This document shows, piece by piece, positions 53,916 through 63,230 of a stretch of DNA of 64,000 bases (positions are counted from its first letter, which is position 1; every line of letters starts with the position of its first letter). The translations under genes and the position numbers were made by a program. Source of the DNA: an uncultured Syntrophaceae bacterium (GTDB lineage: Bacteria; Desulfobacterota; Syntrophia; Syntrophales; UBA5619). Under the pieces are notes generated by a model, which did no database searches, was not told the DNA's origin, and worked only from the letters and a program-made list of their open reading frames with translations. The stretch lies in the NCBI GenBank assembly GCA_964637025.1, contig CAZWTL010000001.1, forward strand, positions 81,701 to 145,700, read 5' to 3'.

Positions 53916-54856
53916 TCCGTCTCTCCCTGTCGCTTCCCCTGCCAGCTGTCCCGCCTCTCCAGTTCCCGGTCGATCGCGTTGAGGACGGCCAGCTTGTTGG
54001 CCGCCCATGCCGGCCCGAGAAAGATATCCCGGTAGCCGTCCGCGGTCAACCGCTGGATGACCATCTCCGGCGGCAGGATCTCCAGGATGTCGCAGACGAT
54101 CCCGACATACTCCTCCCGGCCCATCAGGGGGATCTCCCCCCGGCTGAAGCGGGCGCCGAGGGGGGTCCCCTCCAGGGCGAGGAGGCCGTGGATCTTGATC
54201 CCGTGGACCGGCAGCCCGGAGACCGCCTTGGCCGTCTGCAGGATCTCCCCGCGGGCCTCACCCGGAAGGCCCACGATGATGTGGACGCAGATCAGGATCG
54301 GCCCCCCCGAGGCGCGCCGGACGGCGTCGTAAAAGGCGGCCGCATCGTGGCCCCGGTTGATGGCCGCGAGGGTGCGGTCGTGGATCGACTGGAGGCCGAA
54401 TTCCAGCCAGACATCGGCTTTCCCGGCATAGGAGCCGATCAGCGCCAGCGTCTCGTCGGAAACGCAATCCGGCCGGGTCCCGATGGAAAGGCCCACCACG
54501 TCCTCCACCGCCAGTGCCTCGTCGAAGAGGGCGCGCAGCCTTTCGACCGGCGCGTAGGTGTTCGTGAAGGTCTGAAAGTAGGCGACGAACTTCTCCGCCT
54601 TCGGCCGCTGCCGATAGAAGGCCATCCCCTGCCGCAGCTGCTCGCCCACCGTCGGAAGCGCACCCGCGCGGCGGAGCGCCGATCCCCGCCCGTCGCAGTA
54701 GACGCACCCCCCTTCGGCCAGGCGCCCGTCGCGGTTCGGACAGGTGAACCCGGCGTCGATGGGGAGCTTGTGCACCCGGCAGCCGAAGCGGTTGACCCAG
54801 TAACTCTTGAGGTCGTAATACCGTTTCGTGTTGTTCCAAAAGCCCGGCTTGGCCAT
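53912..54856 (-). CDS. TIGR01212-family radical SAM protein (YhcC-like)
   Basis: Internal ATG: 'FGCRVHKLPIDAGFTCPNRDGRLAEGGCVYCD'. 4-nt overlap with hisH. Confidence 0.85.
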   Translation of the reverse strand: MAKPGFWNNTKRYYDLKSYWVNRFGCRVHKLPIDAGFTCPNRDGRLAEGGCVYCDGRGSALRRAGALPTVGEQLRQGMAFYRQRPKAEKFVAYFQTFTNTYAPVERLRALFDEALAVEDVVGLSIGTRPDCVSDETLALIGSYAGKADVWLEFGLQSIHDRTLAAINRGHDAAAFYDAVRRASGGPILICVHIIVGLPGEARGEILQTAKAVSGLPVHGIKIHGLLALEGTPLGARFSRGEIPLMGREEYVGIVCDILEILPPEMVIQRLTADGYRDIFLGPAWAANKLAVLNAIDRELERRDSWQGKRQGETE

Positions 54857-54930
54857 GCGGCTCCTTTTTCCGGTTGTGTTTTCGCCGTGGATCATATTAA
54901 ATTGCCGCATGATCCGCAAGGGAATCGCAT

Positions 54931-56811
54931 ATGAGCCGTGAATACGACGTCATCGTGGTCGGCGGGGGGCACGCAGGCTGTGAAGCGGCCCTTGCGGCGG
55001 CGAGGATGGGCTGCGAGACGCTGCTGTTCAATATCAACCTCGACGCCATTGCCCTGATGTCCTGCAATCCCGCGATCGGCGGGCTGGCCAAGAGCCAGCT
55101 CGTCAAGGAGGTCGATGCCCTCGGCGGCCAGATGGGCCGGATTGCCGACCAAACCGCCGTCCATTTCCGCCTGCTGAACGCCTCCAAGGGGCCGGCGGTC
55201 CAGTCCACGCGGTTCCAGTGCGACAAGCAGCTCTACCGTTTGGCGATGAAATCCGTCCTGGAGAAGGAGGCGCGCCTCCATCTGAGACAGGGGCTGGTCG
55301 AGGGGCTGGCGGTCGAGGGCGGCCGGGTCCGCGGCGTGGTCGACCAGACGGGGGTTTTCCACGGGGGGCGGGCGGTCGTCCTGACCACCGGGACCTTCCT
55401 GGGAGGCCTCATCCATGTCGGCGATGTGCGCTATCCGGCGGGCCGGGCCGGCGAGATCGCTTCCCTGGAGCTTTCCAACTCCCTCAGGGCCCTCGGGTTC
55501 GAAATGGGGAGGCTGAAGACGGGGACGCCCCCGAGGCTTCGCGCCTCCACGATCGACTTTGCCCGCCTGGTCCGCCAGGACAGCGATCCCGATCCGGAAC
55601 CCTTCTCGTTCGCCACGGAGAGGCTGCGGGAGGATCGCCTCCCCTCCTTCTTTTCGGCGACCACCATGGAAACCCACCGGATCATCCGCGACAATATCCG
55701 GTTCTCGCCCCTCTACGCCGGCGCGATCCGGGGGGTCGGAGCGCGCTATTGCCCCTCCCTGGAGGACAAGGTGATGCGATTTTCCGACCGCGAAAGCCAC
55801 CCGGTCGTGCTCGAGAGGGAGGGGCTCGACACCGAGGAGATCTACGCCAAGGGGCTGGGCAACTGTCTCCCGCCGGATCTTCAGGAGCGGATCGTCCGGA
55901 GCGTTCCGGGTCTGGAGGAGGCCGAGATCATGCGCCTGGCCTACGCCATCGAATACGACTTTGTCCAGCCCACCCAACTGCGCCTCACCCTGGAGACGAA
56001 GCGGGTCGCCGGCCTCTACCTCGCCGGCCAGATCAACGGGACATCGGGTTACGAGGAGGCCGCGGCCCAGGGGCTCTGGGCGGGAATCAACGCGGCCCTG
56101 GCCGTTACGGGCCGCCCCCCCTTTGTGCTGGACCGGTCCCAGGCCTACATGGGGGTCATGGTGGACGACCTGGTCACGCGGGGGGTGGACGAACCCTACC
56201 GCATGTTCACCTCCCGGGCCGAGTACCGGCTGATCCTCCGGGAGGACAACGCCGCGATCCGCCTGATGGGGAAGGGCCGCGAAATGGGCCTGATCTCGGC
56301 CGGGCAGCACGCGCGTCTGGAGGAACGGATCGCCCGGATCGAGGAGGGGGTCCGGAGGCTCTCGTCCATCCGGATCTTCCCGGTGGAAGAGACCAACGGC
56401 ATCCTCGCGGAGATGAAGACCGCGCCGATCAGGAATCCGATCCCGCTTTTCGACCTGCTCAAGCGGGAGGAACTCGGCTACGACGATCTGGCCCGCTTCG
56501 AGGGGTGGGAGGCGATTGCGGACCGCGCGGTCAAGCGGCAGATCGAGATCGGGGCGAAGTACGAGGGGTACATCCGCAGGCAGGAGGCGGCGGTGGCCAG
56601 GATGCGGGAGCTCGAGGGGGTGAAGATTCCCTCCGGCTTCGATTACGCCGCCGTTCCCGGCCTCTCGAACGAACTCAAGGGGAAGCTCGCCCGGGTGGAG
56701 CCGGTGACGGTCGGCCAGGCGGAGCGGATCCCCGGCATGACACAGGCGGCGCTCACGGCCATCCTCGTGGCCATGAAGAAGCGGGAGATGGGCATCAAGA
56801 AAAACACTTGA
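54931..56811 (+). CDS. mnmG: tRNA uridine-5-carboxymethylaminomethyl modification enzyme
   Basis: Has 'YDVIVVGGGHAGCEAALAAARMG', 'MSCNPAIGG', 'GRAGE', 'RYCPSLEDK' and 'GQINGTSGYEEAAAQG'. 626 aa. Confidence 0.96.
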   Translation: MSREYDVIVVGGGHAGCEAALAAARMGCETLLFNINLDAIALMSCNPAIGGLAKSQLVKEVDALGGQMGRIADQTAVHFRLLNASKGPAVQSTRFQCDKQLYRLAMKSVLEKEARLHLRQGLVEGLAVEGGRVRGVVDQTGVFHGGRAVVLTTGTFLGGLIHVGDVRYPAGRAGEIASLELSNSLRALGFEMGRLKTGTPPRLRASTIDFARLVRQDSDPDPEPFSFATERLREDRLPSFFSATTMETHRIIRDNIRFSPLYAGAIRGVGARYCPSLEDKVMRFSDRESHPVVLEREGLDTEEIYAKGLGNCLPPDLQERIVRSVPGLEEAEIMRLAYAIEYDFVQPTQLRLTLETKRVAGLYLAGQINGTSGYEEAAAQGLWAGINAALAVTGRPPFVLDRSQAYMGVMVDDLVTRGVDEPYRMFTSRAEYRLILREDNAAIRLMGKGREMGLISAGQHARLEERIARIEEGVRRLSSIRIFPVEETNGILAEMKTAPIRNPIPLFDLLKREELGYDDLARFEGWEAIADRAVKRQIEIGAKYEGYIRRQEAAVARMRELEGVKIPSGFDYAAVPGLSNELKGKLARVEPVTVGQAERIPGMTQAALTAILVAMKKREMGIKKNT

Positions 56812-56865
56812 ATATTATTTCCCCGGGGATAGAATGGTTCCCGGTTATCTGCGGCAGGGTCCACG

Positions 56866-57324
56866 GTGAAGGTCCTCTTCGTCTGCAACGCGAACATCGT
56901 GCGGAGCTTCATGGCCGAGCGGCTTCTGAGAAGCCGGCTGAAGCGGGCCGGGCTTGAGGGGGTGGACGTCTCCTCCGCCGGCGTCCTGGACATGCGGGGG
57001 GCGCCCGCCGACGAGAGGGCCAGGCAGGTCCTGCGCGAGAACGGCATCGAGGACGAAGGCCACCGGTCCCGGGTTGTCGACGAAGCGATCATCGGGGAGG
57101 CGGACCTGATCCTCGCGATGGAACAAAGGCAGCTGCAAATCATCGGGGAGCGATACCCCTTTGCGGCGGGCAAGGCCAGGATGTTGAAATCCTGTCTGCC
57201 GAAGAGGGGCGATGACGTCGGCTCGCTGGACATCAGGGATCCCTATGGGCGATCCCTTTTCGATTACCGCCTGTGTTTCGCGGAAATCTCCCTGGCCATG
57301 GAGGAGTTGATGAAATGTATCTAG
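56866..57324 (+). CDS. Low-molecular-weight protein-tyrosine-phosphatase family protein
   Basis: P-loop 'VLFVCNANIVRSFMAE' (CX5R-S) and a 'DIRDPYG' Asp loop. GTG start. The 3' end overlaps the next gene by 10 nt. Confidence 0.8.
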   Translation: MKVLFVCNANIVRSFMAERLLRSRLKRAGLEGVDVSSAGVLDMRGAPADERARQVLRENGIEDEGHRSRVVDEAIIGEADLILAMEQRQLQIIGERYPFAAGKARMLKSCLPKRGDDVGSLDIRDPYGRSLFDYRLCFAEISLAMEELMKCI

Positions 57325-58112
57325 AGCATTGGGGTTTTCAGAAGTACCCGTTCGACAACGTGCCGGATCCGGAATTCATGTACTATTCGCCGGAGCACAA
57401 GGAGGCGCTGGCGAGATTGTTCTATGCGGTGCGGAGGAACAAGGGGGCCGTTCTGCTGACCGGCGAAATCGGGTGCGGCAAAACGATGCTGAGCCGCGTC
57501 TTCATCCAGCAATTGTCCGAAGCCGAGTTCGACATCGGGCTGATCACCAACCCCGCGCTGTCGCCTATCGATTTCCTGAAGGAAGCCCTCAACCAGATCG
57601 GCCTCAATTCCCACTCCAACTCCAAGCATGAGCTGCTCAACATCCTCAACGTGGCCATGATTGAAAATATGAAGAAAAGCCGGTCGACCCTGTTCATCAT
57701 CGACGAGGCCCAGCTCATATCCGCGGAGACCTTCGAGGAGATCCGCCTGCTTCTGAATTTTCAGCTCAACGACCGCTTTCTCCTGACCCTGATCCTCTTG
57801 GGACAGCCTGAATTGCGGGACATGATCCGGGGATACAAGCAGCTCGATCAACGCATTGCCAACCGCTACCATTTGAATCCCCTGAACCTGGAAGACACGA
57901 AGGCCTACATTGCCCTCCGAATCGAAAAGGCGGGACGGCGCGACAGCGGCATATTCACCACCGCGGCCGTGGAGGAGGTCTACAACCACTCCGAGGGGGT
58001 CCCGCGCGTGATCAACAACGTCTGCGATCTCGCCCTGCTCGTGGGATTCAGCCTGAAGAGCCGGGTCATCGACGTCGACACCATCCGCAAGGTGATCAAG
58101 GATTCCCTGTAG
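57315..58112 (+). CDS. ExeA/GspA/MshM-like AAA ATPase
   Basis: Has 'FQKYPFDNVPDPEFMYYSPEHKEAL', Walker A 'GEIGCGKT' and Walker B 'LFIIDEAQ'. GGAGGAG lies 8 nt upstream of the ATG. Confidence 0.85.
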   Translation: MYLEHWGFQKYPFDNVPDPEFMYYSPEHKEALARLFYAVRRNKGAVLLTGEIGCGKTMLSRVFIQQLSEAEFDIGLITNPALSPIDFLKEALNQIGLNSHSNSKHELLNILNVAMIENMKKSRSTLFIIDEAQLISAETFEEIRLLLNFQLNDRFLLTLILLGQPELRDMIRGYKQLDQRIANRYHLNPLNLEDTKAYIALRIEKAGRRDSGIFTTAAVEEVYNHSEGVPRVINNVCDLALLVGFSLKSRVIDVDTIRKVIKDSL

Positions 58113-58388
58113 GCGCCGTTACGACCCGGTCTTCGCCTTCTCCCCGCACCTTCGCCGCCACCCAACGCGTCCGGCCCGGCCGGCTGCGGGGACGGCGGTC
58201 TGCATGGTCTCCGGGGCCGGACCGACGGGCAAGACGCCCTCCACGTTCGGACCGGCCCGGCGCGATCCTCCCCGGTCCCCCTGACAGGGGCCGGCGCGAT
58301 GCGGGGCCTCGTCGGGAGTCCGGCGCGGCAGCGAATCAAATCATTAAGAATTGCCGTGCTGTGCGCATCCCCAACGAGCATTTTTATC

Positions 58389-58418
58389 TTGACAAGGCGA
58401 CAACACCTTGGGTACAGT
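58389..58418 (+). promoter_or_regulatory. Candidate sigma70 promoter for the pilus-assembly genes
   Basis: TTGACA (58389-58394), 18 nt spacer, TACAGT (58413-58418), in an AT-rich 437-bp intergenic region. Confidence 0.35.
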
Positions 58419-58522
58419 TCTACATTCGAACGACGCCCAGGGTGCATTATATTTAAATGCATGTAATCATTGCTTATTGATAGGGACGTCCCCCGCGCAT
58501 TCTCAGGACGTGCGGGACGCAA

Positions 58523-60475
58523 ATGGTCAGGTTTCGCCGCCGGTTTCGCATGAACGACATTACGTCGACCGAAAAACTGCTCGATCTGATCCGGAAAGGC
58601 AAGGGCGGCCCCGATGCGTCCGTCCCCAGGGCCAATCCGTCTCCTGCCGTTGCTCCCCGGAAACGGACCCGGCCGGCTTTCGCCAAAGGTCTGCCCGCCG
58701 GCAAACACGTCAACGTCGGGATCGATATCGGCCACGAATTCCTGCGCCTGGCCAAAACGGAAAGGCGCTCCGATTCACAGTGGGATCTGCTCGACTGCAA
58801 GACCGTCCGTTTTTACGGCCGGGTGCGCAAGGGGACCCCCGAGTTCGCCCTTTTTCTGAAGGAGGAGCTGAACCGGTTCTGCGGATCGGATAAGAAGGTG
58901 GATCTGTGGGCCATCATGTCCGCGGCCAATGTCAGCGTCCGCCACATCAAGATACCGAAGGTCCCGAAGAACCAGATCGCCAATGCCGTTTTCTGGTCCC
59001 TCAAGAGGGAGCAGCCCTTCAACGAGCATGAGACCATCCTCGATTACGAGGTTCTGGAAGAGACCGTCGAACAGGGCAATCCCAAATGGCTGGTCATGGC
59101 CTACACGGCGCCCCGGGCCAAAGCCGAAGAGACGAAGGCGCTCTTTGCGGCGGCCGGATTGCCCCTGACGGGCATTTCCATCGTCCCCTTTGCCGTGCAG
59201 AACATCTTCCGGACCGGCTGGATCCCGAAGTCGGACGGCACCGCCGCCTATCTCTTCATCGGCAACGATTTTTCACGGATCGACATCTATTCCAAGGGGA
59301 ACCTTATCATGACCCGCGGGATCAAGGCCGGCATCAACAGCATGGCCGAGGCCCTGCTGGAGGCCCTCCAAGCGGAGGAGCGCGAAAGGCCGGCATTGCC
59401 GGAAGGCCGGCCCGCGATCGATATGGAACAGGCGCGGAAAGTCCTGTTCAGCCTCAGCCCCGATTTCCCGGGGCTGGCGGAAGGGGAGGCCGGATACGCC
59501 CTGACGGAAGAGGAAAAAGCCCGGATCGCCCTGCCCGCGCTGGACAGGCTCATCCGGCAGGTCGAGCGCACCTTCGAATATTACTACAGCAACGTCGCCC
59601 AGGACCGCGTGCACCGGATCTACGTCACCAGCGCCATGCACATTTACCCCCCCGCCGTCGCCTATGTCGGCGAGCAGCTGGGGATCGAAAGCGACATCCT
59701 GGACCCTCTGGGCGAGGTCCTCAGCGGCATCGACCCCAACGGTCCGGAACTCAACCTTTCGGAGCGGATCACGCTGACGCCGGCCCTCGGCATGGCGCTG
59801 GCCGACAACGCCCACACCCCGAACCTCCTGTTTACGGTGCGGGAGAAGCAGCAGATCGCCGCCGTCCACCGGGTCAACCGGGTCATCTTCTCGTCGCTCA
59901 TGGTCGCGACCCTGATATGCGCCGGCCTCGTCCTCTACCAGATCGGGCTCATCGCCAAGAAGCAGCTCGACGTCCACCGCGCGGAGCAGCAACTGGCCGC
60001 CTTTAACCCGCAGTTGAAGGCGGACGACCTCCTCCGGATGGCGGCGCAATCGAAACAGCGCCAACAGGCCCTGCGGGCGTACGGCGAGAGATACCGCGGC
60101 ATGGCCGTTATCGGCGAATTGGCCGTCCTGACCCCGGCCCATATCCGTTTCGTGAACCTCAAGGCCGATTTCGGCCTGTCGGCCGCGCAGCAGGCCAAGG
60201 GGCCGCCGAAGCCCGGCGAAGCCGCCCCGGAAGGCGGCAAGGCCGGATCCAAGGAGGCGCCCAAGGAGCAGGCCGCGGCCGCCAAGGCCGGCCATCTCGT
60301 GGTGGAGGGGATCGTCTCCGGGGACCGGTTGTCCCTGGAATCCTCCCTGGCCGGGTATCTGGTCAAGCTGCAGGAGTCGCCGCTGTTCCGTCAGGTTTCC
60401 GTGCAGAAAAACGGCATCGAGCGCGTCCAGAAGAAAGAGGTGCTCCGTTTCACGATCAGCATGCAGGTGGTTTGA
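58523..60475 (+). CDS. PilM-like actin-fold ATPase fused to a PilN-like TM/coiled-coil domain (MshI-like)
   Basis: Has 'VNVGIDIGHEFLRLAK', 'LFAAAGLPLTGISIVPFAVQNIF' and 'LFIGNDFSRIDIYSKGNLIMTRGIKAGINSM'. These are followed by the TM segment 'VIFSSLMVATLICAGLVLYQIGLI' and a Lys/Ala/Pro-rich stretch. Start is 58523 or 58550. Confidence 0.7.
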   Translation: MVRFRRRFRMNDITSTEKLLDLIRKGKGGPDASVPRANPSPAVAPRKRTRPAFAKGLPAGKHVNVGIDIGHEFLRLAKTERRSDSQWDLLDCKTVRFYGRVRKGTPEFALFLKEELNRFCGSDKKVDLWAIMSAANVSVRHIKIPKVPKNQIANAVFWSLKREQPFNEHETILDYEVLEETVEQGNPKWLVMAYTAPRAKAEETKALFAAAGLPLTGISIVPFAVQNIFRTGWIPKSDGTAAYLFIGNDFSRIDIYSKGNLIMTRGIKAGINSMAEALLEALQAEERERPALPEGRPAIDMEQARKVLFSLSPDFPGLAEGEAGYALTEEEKARIALPALDRLIRQVERTFEYYYSNVAQDRVHRIYVTSAMHIYPPAVAYVGEQLGIESDILDPLGEVLSGIDPNGPELNLSERITLTPALGMALADNAHTPNLLFTVREKQQIAAVHRVNRVIFSSLMVATLICAGLVLYQIGLIAKKQLDVHRAEQQLAAFNPQLKADDLLRMAAQSKQRQQALRAYGERYRGMAVIGELAVLTPAHIRFVNLKADFGLSAAQQAKGPPKPGEAAPEGGKAGSKEAPKEQAAAAKAGHLVVEGIVSGDRLSLESSLAGYLVKLQESPLFRQVSVQKNGIERVQKKEVLRFTISMQVV

Positions 60476-60481
60476 CGAACG

Positions 60482-61021
60482 ATGAAGATTCCGAACGCAC
60501 TCAAACTGATACCGCGGAGGACCGCGATCATCCACCTGGCCTGGCTCGGGAGTTTGCTGCTCCTGGTCCTGGCCCTGGTCGTTCCCATGCAGCGGTACGT
60601 CTCCGGGCTCGACGGCAGGATCAAGGACATCCGGTATCGGATCGACGAGCAGAAGGGGTTGCGGCCGATCTATCAGGCGCTCCAGTCCAGGAGCCAGGCG
60701 GCCAAGCCCGGCGCGCTGCCGATGCCGGAGGCGGGCAAGCTGTCGCGGGACCTCGTCGGCGTGATCCCCTCCACCATCGGCAGGATCGTCAAGGGCGCCG
60801 CCATGGAGACCGTATCGATATCCCCGGACGTGAACTCCCTGGCCAATCAATCCCGTTCCCTGCTGGTGCATGCCGTCATCAGGGGAGATTTCATGAGCTT
60901 CCGGAGATTCCTCATCGGGATCGGCGAGCTGCCCTATCTGGAACGGTTTGAAGAGATCGAGATCCGGAAGGAGACGGCGTTCACGGAATACCGGGTCGCG
61001 ATCCGGCTGGCGCTGAGCTGA
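60482..61021 (+). CDS. PilO/MshJ-like pilus assembly protein
   Basis: 179 aa with the N-terminal TM 'AIIHLAWLGSLLLLVLALVV' followed by a coiled coil. The call rests mainly on its position between the PilMN-like and secretin genes. Confidence 0.5.
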   Translation: MKIPNALKLIPRRTAIIHLAWLGSLLLLVLALVVPMQRYVSGLDGRIKDIRYRIDEQKGLRPIYQALQSRSQAAKPGALPMPEAGKLSRDLVGVIPSTIGRIVKGAAMETVSISPDVNSLANQSRSLLVHAVIRGDFMSFRRFLIGIGELPYLERFEEIEIRKETAFTEYRVAIRLALS

Positions 61022-61024
61022 TCG

Positions 61025-61561
61025 ATGGTGCAAAGGCTTATGGGAAAGCTGAACAAAAGACAGATGGCCATCCTGGGCGTCATGCTCCTGGCGGTGCTCT
61101 ACGGGGGGTACGATTTCCTCACCTCCGGCCGGAAGAGCCAGGCCGTCTCCGGCGGCGCAACGCAGACCGCCGATTTGAACGCCCTGATCGGCAACATCAC
61201 CGCGGCGATGACGGCGGAAGCCCCTTCGCCGGCGGCGGCCTATGCGGCCAAAATGGCCGAAGCCCAATGGGCCCGCGATCCTTTTTACGAACCCGTGGAC
61301 AAGCGGGAGGAGGCCATGGAGAGGGCGGCCGCCCGGGCCCGGCAGATCGCGGCGCTGACCGCCGAGCTCAAGGGGAAGCTCATCTACTCCGGTTATCTCG
61401 AACTGGGGTCGAAGAAAATCGCCGTCGTCAACGGAAGCGAGTATGTCGAGGGGGATTCCCTGGATCCGGAGGGCCATCTCCTCAGCGGCATTTACCCGTC
61501 CAAGATCGTCATCTATCATAAGGGGGCGCGGCTCAAAATCGACATCCCCCTGCAGGAGTGA
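61025..61561 (+). CDS. PilP/MshK/GspC-like small assembly protein
   Basis: TM 'MAILGVMLLAVLYGG'. The C-terminal beta-rich 'LIYSGYLELGSKKIAVVNGSEYVEGDSL...IYPSKIVIY' resembles the secretin-interacting domain of PilP/GspC. Confidence 0.45.
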   Translation: MVQRLMGKLNKRQMAILGVMLLAVLYGGYDFLTSGRKSQAVSGGATQTADLNALIGNITAAMTAEAPSPAAAYAAKMAEAQWARDPFYEPVDKREEAMERAAARARQIAALTAELKGKLIYSGYLELGSKKIAVVNGSEYVEGDSLDPEGHLLSGIYPSKIVIYHKGARLKIDIPLQE

Positions 61562-61566
61562 CGTTT

Positions 61567-63183
61567 ATGGGAGGAAGTACCTTGAAGAACCGGACGCGGA
61601 AGGCGATGCGCCGCTGGACGGCGGGCGTCCTGATCGGGTTGTCGTGCCTCTGGGGATGCGCCAGCGATACGGCCCAGGTCAAAGACCCCTTTTTCGAAAA
61701 ATGGAAGACCCTGGAGCAGAGCTCGGCGGGCTCGTCGCCTGCGGCCTCGACCCGCGTCCTCGACGTCAGCGACCAGGTCGGGCAGGGCGGCGAAAAGCCC
61801 CTGTCCTCGATCCGGCTGCTGCCGACCACGGAGATCAGCCTCAAGATGCGCCAGGCGGACGTGAAGGCGGTGCTCCGGTCGCTGGCGCTGGCGGTCAACC
61901 TCAACATCCTCGTCAAGAACGACATCAAGGGGGAGGTCAGCGTCGATTTCAAGGACGTTCCCTGGGACCAGGCCTTCCAGAGCATCCTGCGGATGCAATC
62001 CCTCGATTATACCTGGGACGGCAACATCATCCGGGTCATGTCCCTGGACGACCTGGAACGGGATCTGAAGCAGAAGACGCAGGAGCTGGGCGCCAAATGG
62101 GTGGAGCCCCTCAAGACGGTCGTGATCAATATCGGTTTTGCCGATACCAAGGACCTCAAGGAGAATCTCCAGGAATTTCTCACCAAGGACAAGGAGGGCA
62201 AACCCCGCGGCTCGATCAAGGTCGACAGCCACAGCAATTCACTGATCGTCTCCGCGATCCAGGACGACATCGATCGCATGGTCTCCATCATTGAAAAGGT
62301 CGACAAGCCGGCCCATCAGATCCAGATCAAGGCCAACATCGTCGAGGCGTCGAAGGAGACCGCCCGAAACCTCGGCGTCCAGTGGGGCGGCGCCTATGGA
62401 CGGAGGGTGGGGGAACAGAGCATATTCGTCACCCCGGGCGGCAGCGGGGGGAGCACGGTTTCCCCCGGAAGCGCCCTGGACGGAGGCTACACCCCGGCTT
62501 ACGGCAATTCCGGCGTCGGCGGCCAGGGCTTCGGCGTCAACTTCCCCGCCCCGGGCCTGTCCGACACCGCCTCGGCCACGCTGGGGCTCGTTTTCGGGAC
62601 GATCGGCGCCAACCTGCTGGAGGTGCAGTTGAGCGCCCTCCAGGAGGACGGAAAGATCAACATCCTCTCCAGCCCGTCCATCACCACCCTGGACAATCAG
62701 ATGGCCTATACGGAAAACGGGGAGCGGATCCCCTACGTGACCGAGGAGGTTTCGTCCACCGGTGCCATCACCCGGTCGGTCAAGTTCGAGAATGTGGTGC
62801 TCCGGCTCGAAATCACCCCCCACGTCATCGACGGCAGGAACCTGAAGATGAAGGTGGTGGTCAAGAAGGACGAGATCAACGAGAATCGCAGCGTCCAGGG
62901 CAATCCGGGGATCTGGAAGAAAGAGACCAGCACGAACCTGATCGTCCGGGACGGGGAGACCATCGTGATCTCCGGTCTGACCAAGCTGCGGAGCACCGAT
63001 GCGGAAAACGGGGTTCCCTGGCTGAAGAACGTCCCTGCGCTCGGCTGGCTCTTCAAGGCGTCGGGAAAGTCGGAGTCCATGGAAGAGGTCCTGATCTTCA
63101 TCACGCCGACGATCCTGCCCCCGCAAGCCGCGGCCGCGGCCAGCCTTCCCCCTCCGGACGCAGCCGCGGGGGCGGGCCGGTAG
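61567..63183 (+). CDS. Secretin (PilQ/MshL/GspD family), lipoprotein-type
   Basis: Lipobox 'LSCLWGCAS'. N0-like block 'MRQADVKAVLRSLALAVNLNILV'. Secretin core 'ILSSPSITTLDNQMA...ISGL...VPWLKNVPALGWLFK...LIFITPTIL'. ATG 61567 follows GGAG (GTG 61558 is also possible). Confidence 0.9.
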   Translation: MGGSTLKNRTRKAMRRWTAGVLIGLSCLWGCASDTAQVKDPFFEKWKTLEQSSAGSSPAASTRVLDVSDQVGQGGEKPLSSIRLLPTTEISLKMRQADVKAVLRSLALAVNLNILVKNDIKGEVSVDFKDVPWDQAFQSILRMQSLDYTWDGNIIRVMSLDDLERDLKQKTQELGAKWVEPLKTVVINIGFADTKDLKENLQEFLTKDKEGKPRGSIKVDSHSNSLIVSAIQDDIDRMVSIIEKVDKPAHQIQIKANIVEASKETARNLGVQWGGAYGRRVGEQSIFVTPGGSGGSTVSPGSALDGGYTPAYGNSGVGGQGFGVNFPAPGLSDTASATLGLVFGTIGANLLEVQLSALQEDGKINILSSPSITTLDNQMAYTENGERIPYVTEEVSSTGAITRSVKFENVVLRLEITPHVIDGRNLKMKVVVKKDEINENRSVQGNPGIWKKETSTNLIVRDGETIVISGLTKLRSTDAENGVPWLKNVPALGWLFKASGKSESMEEVLIFITPTILPPQAAAAASLPPPDAAAGAGR

Positions 63184-63230
63184 ACGCCGCCTGTCCGGTC
63201 CGGGGCGAAGGGGTTATGGATTCGTAGGAC

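Noticed and set aside
58443-58492. Short palindromes in the pilus-operon leader (TGCAT-N9-ATGCA; GGGACGTCCC)
   Set aside because: They are 5-10 bp only and could arise by chance. They have no supporting geometry relative to a confirmed promoter.
60473-61027. The PilMN-like, PilO-like and PilP-like genes are all in one reading frame, separated only by TGA plus 1-2 codons; considered as possible UGA read-through or selenocysteine
   Set aside because: Each downstream protein begins with its own Met and TM anchor, as expected for separate bitopic assembly proteins. No Cys-homologous position or SECIS-like hairpin follows either TGA. Frame coincidence is not improbable.
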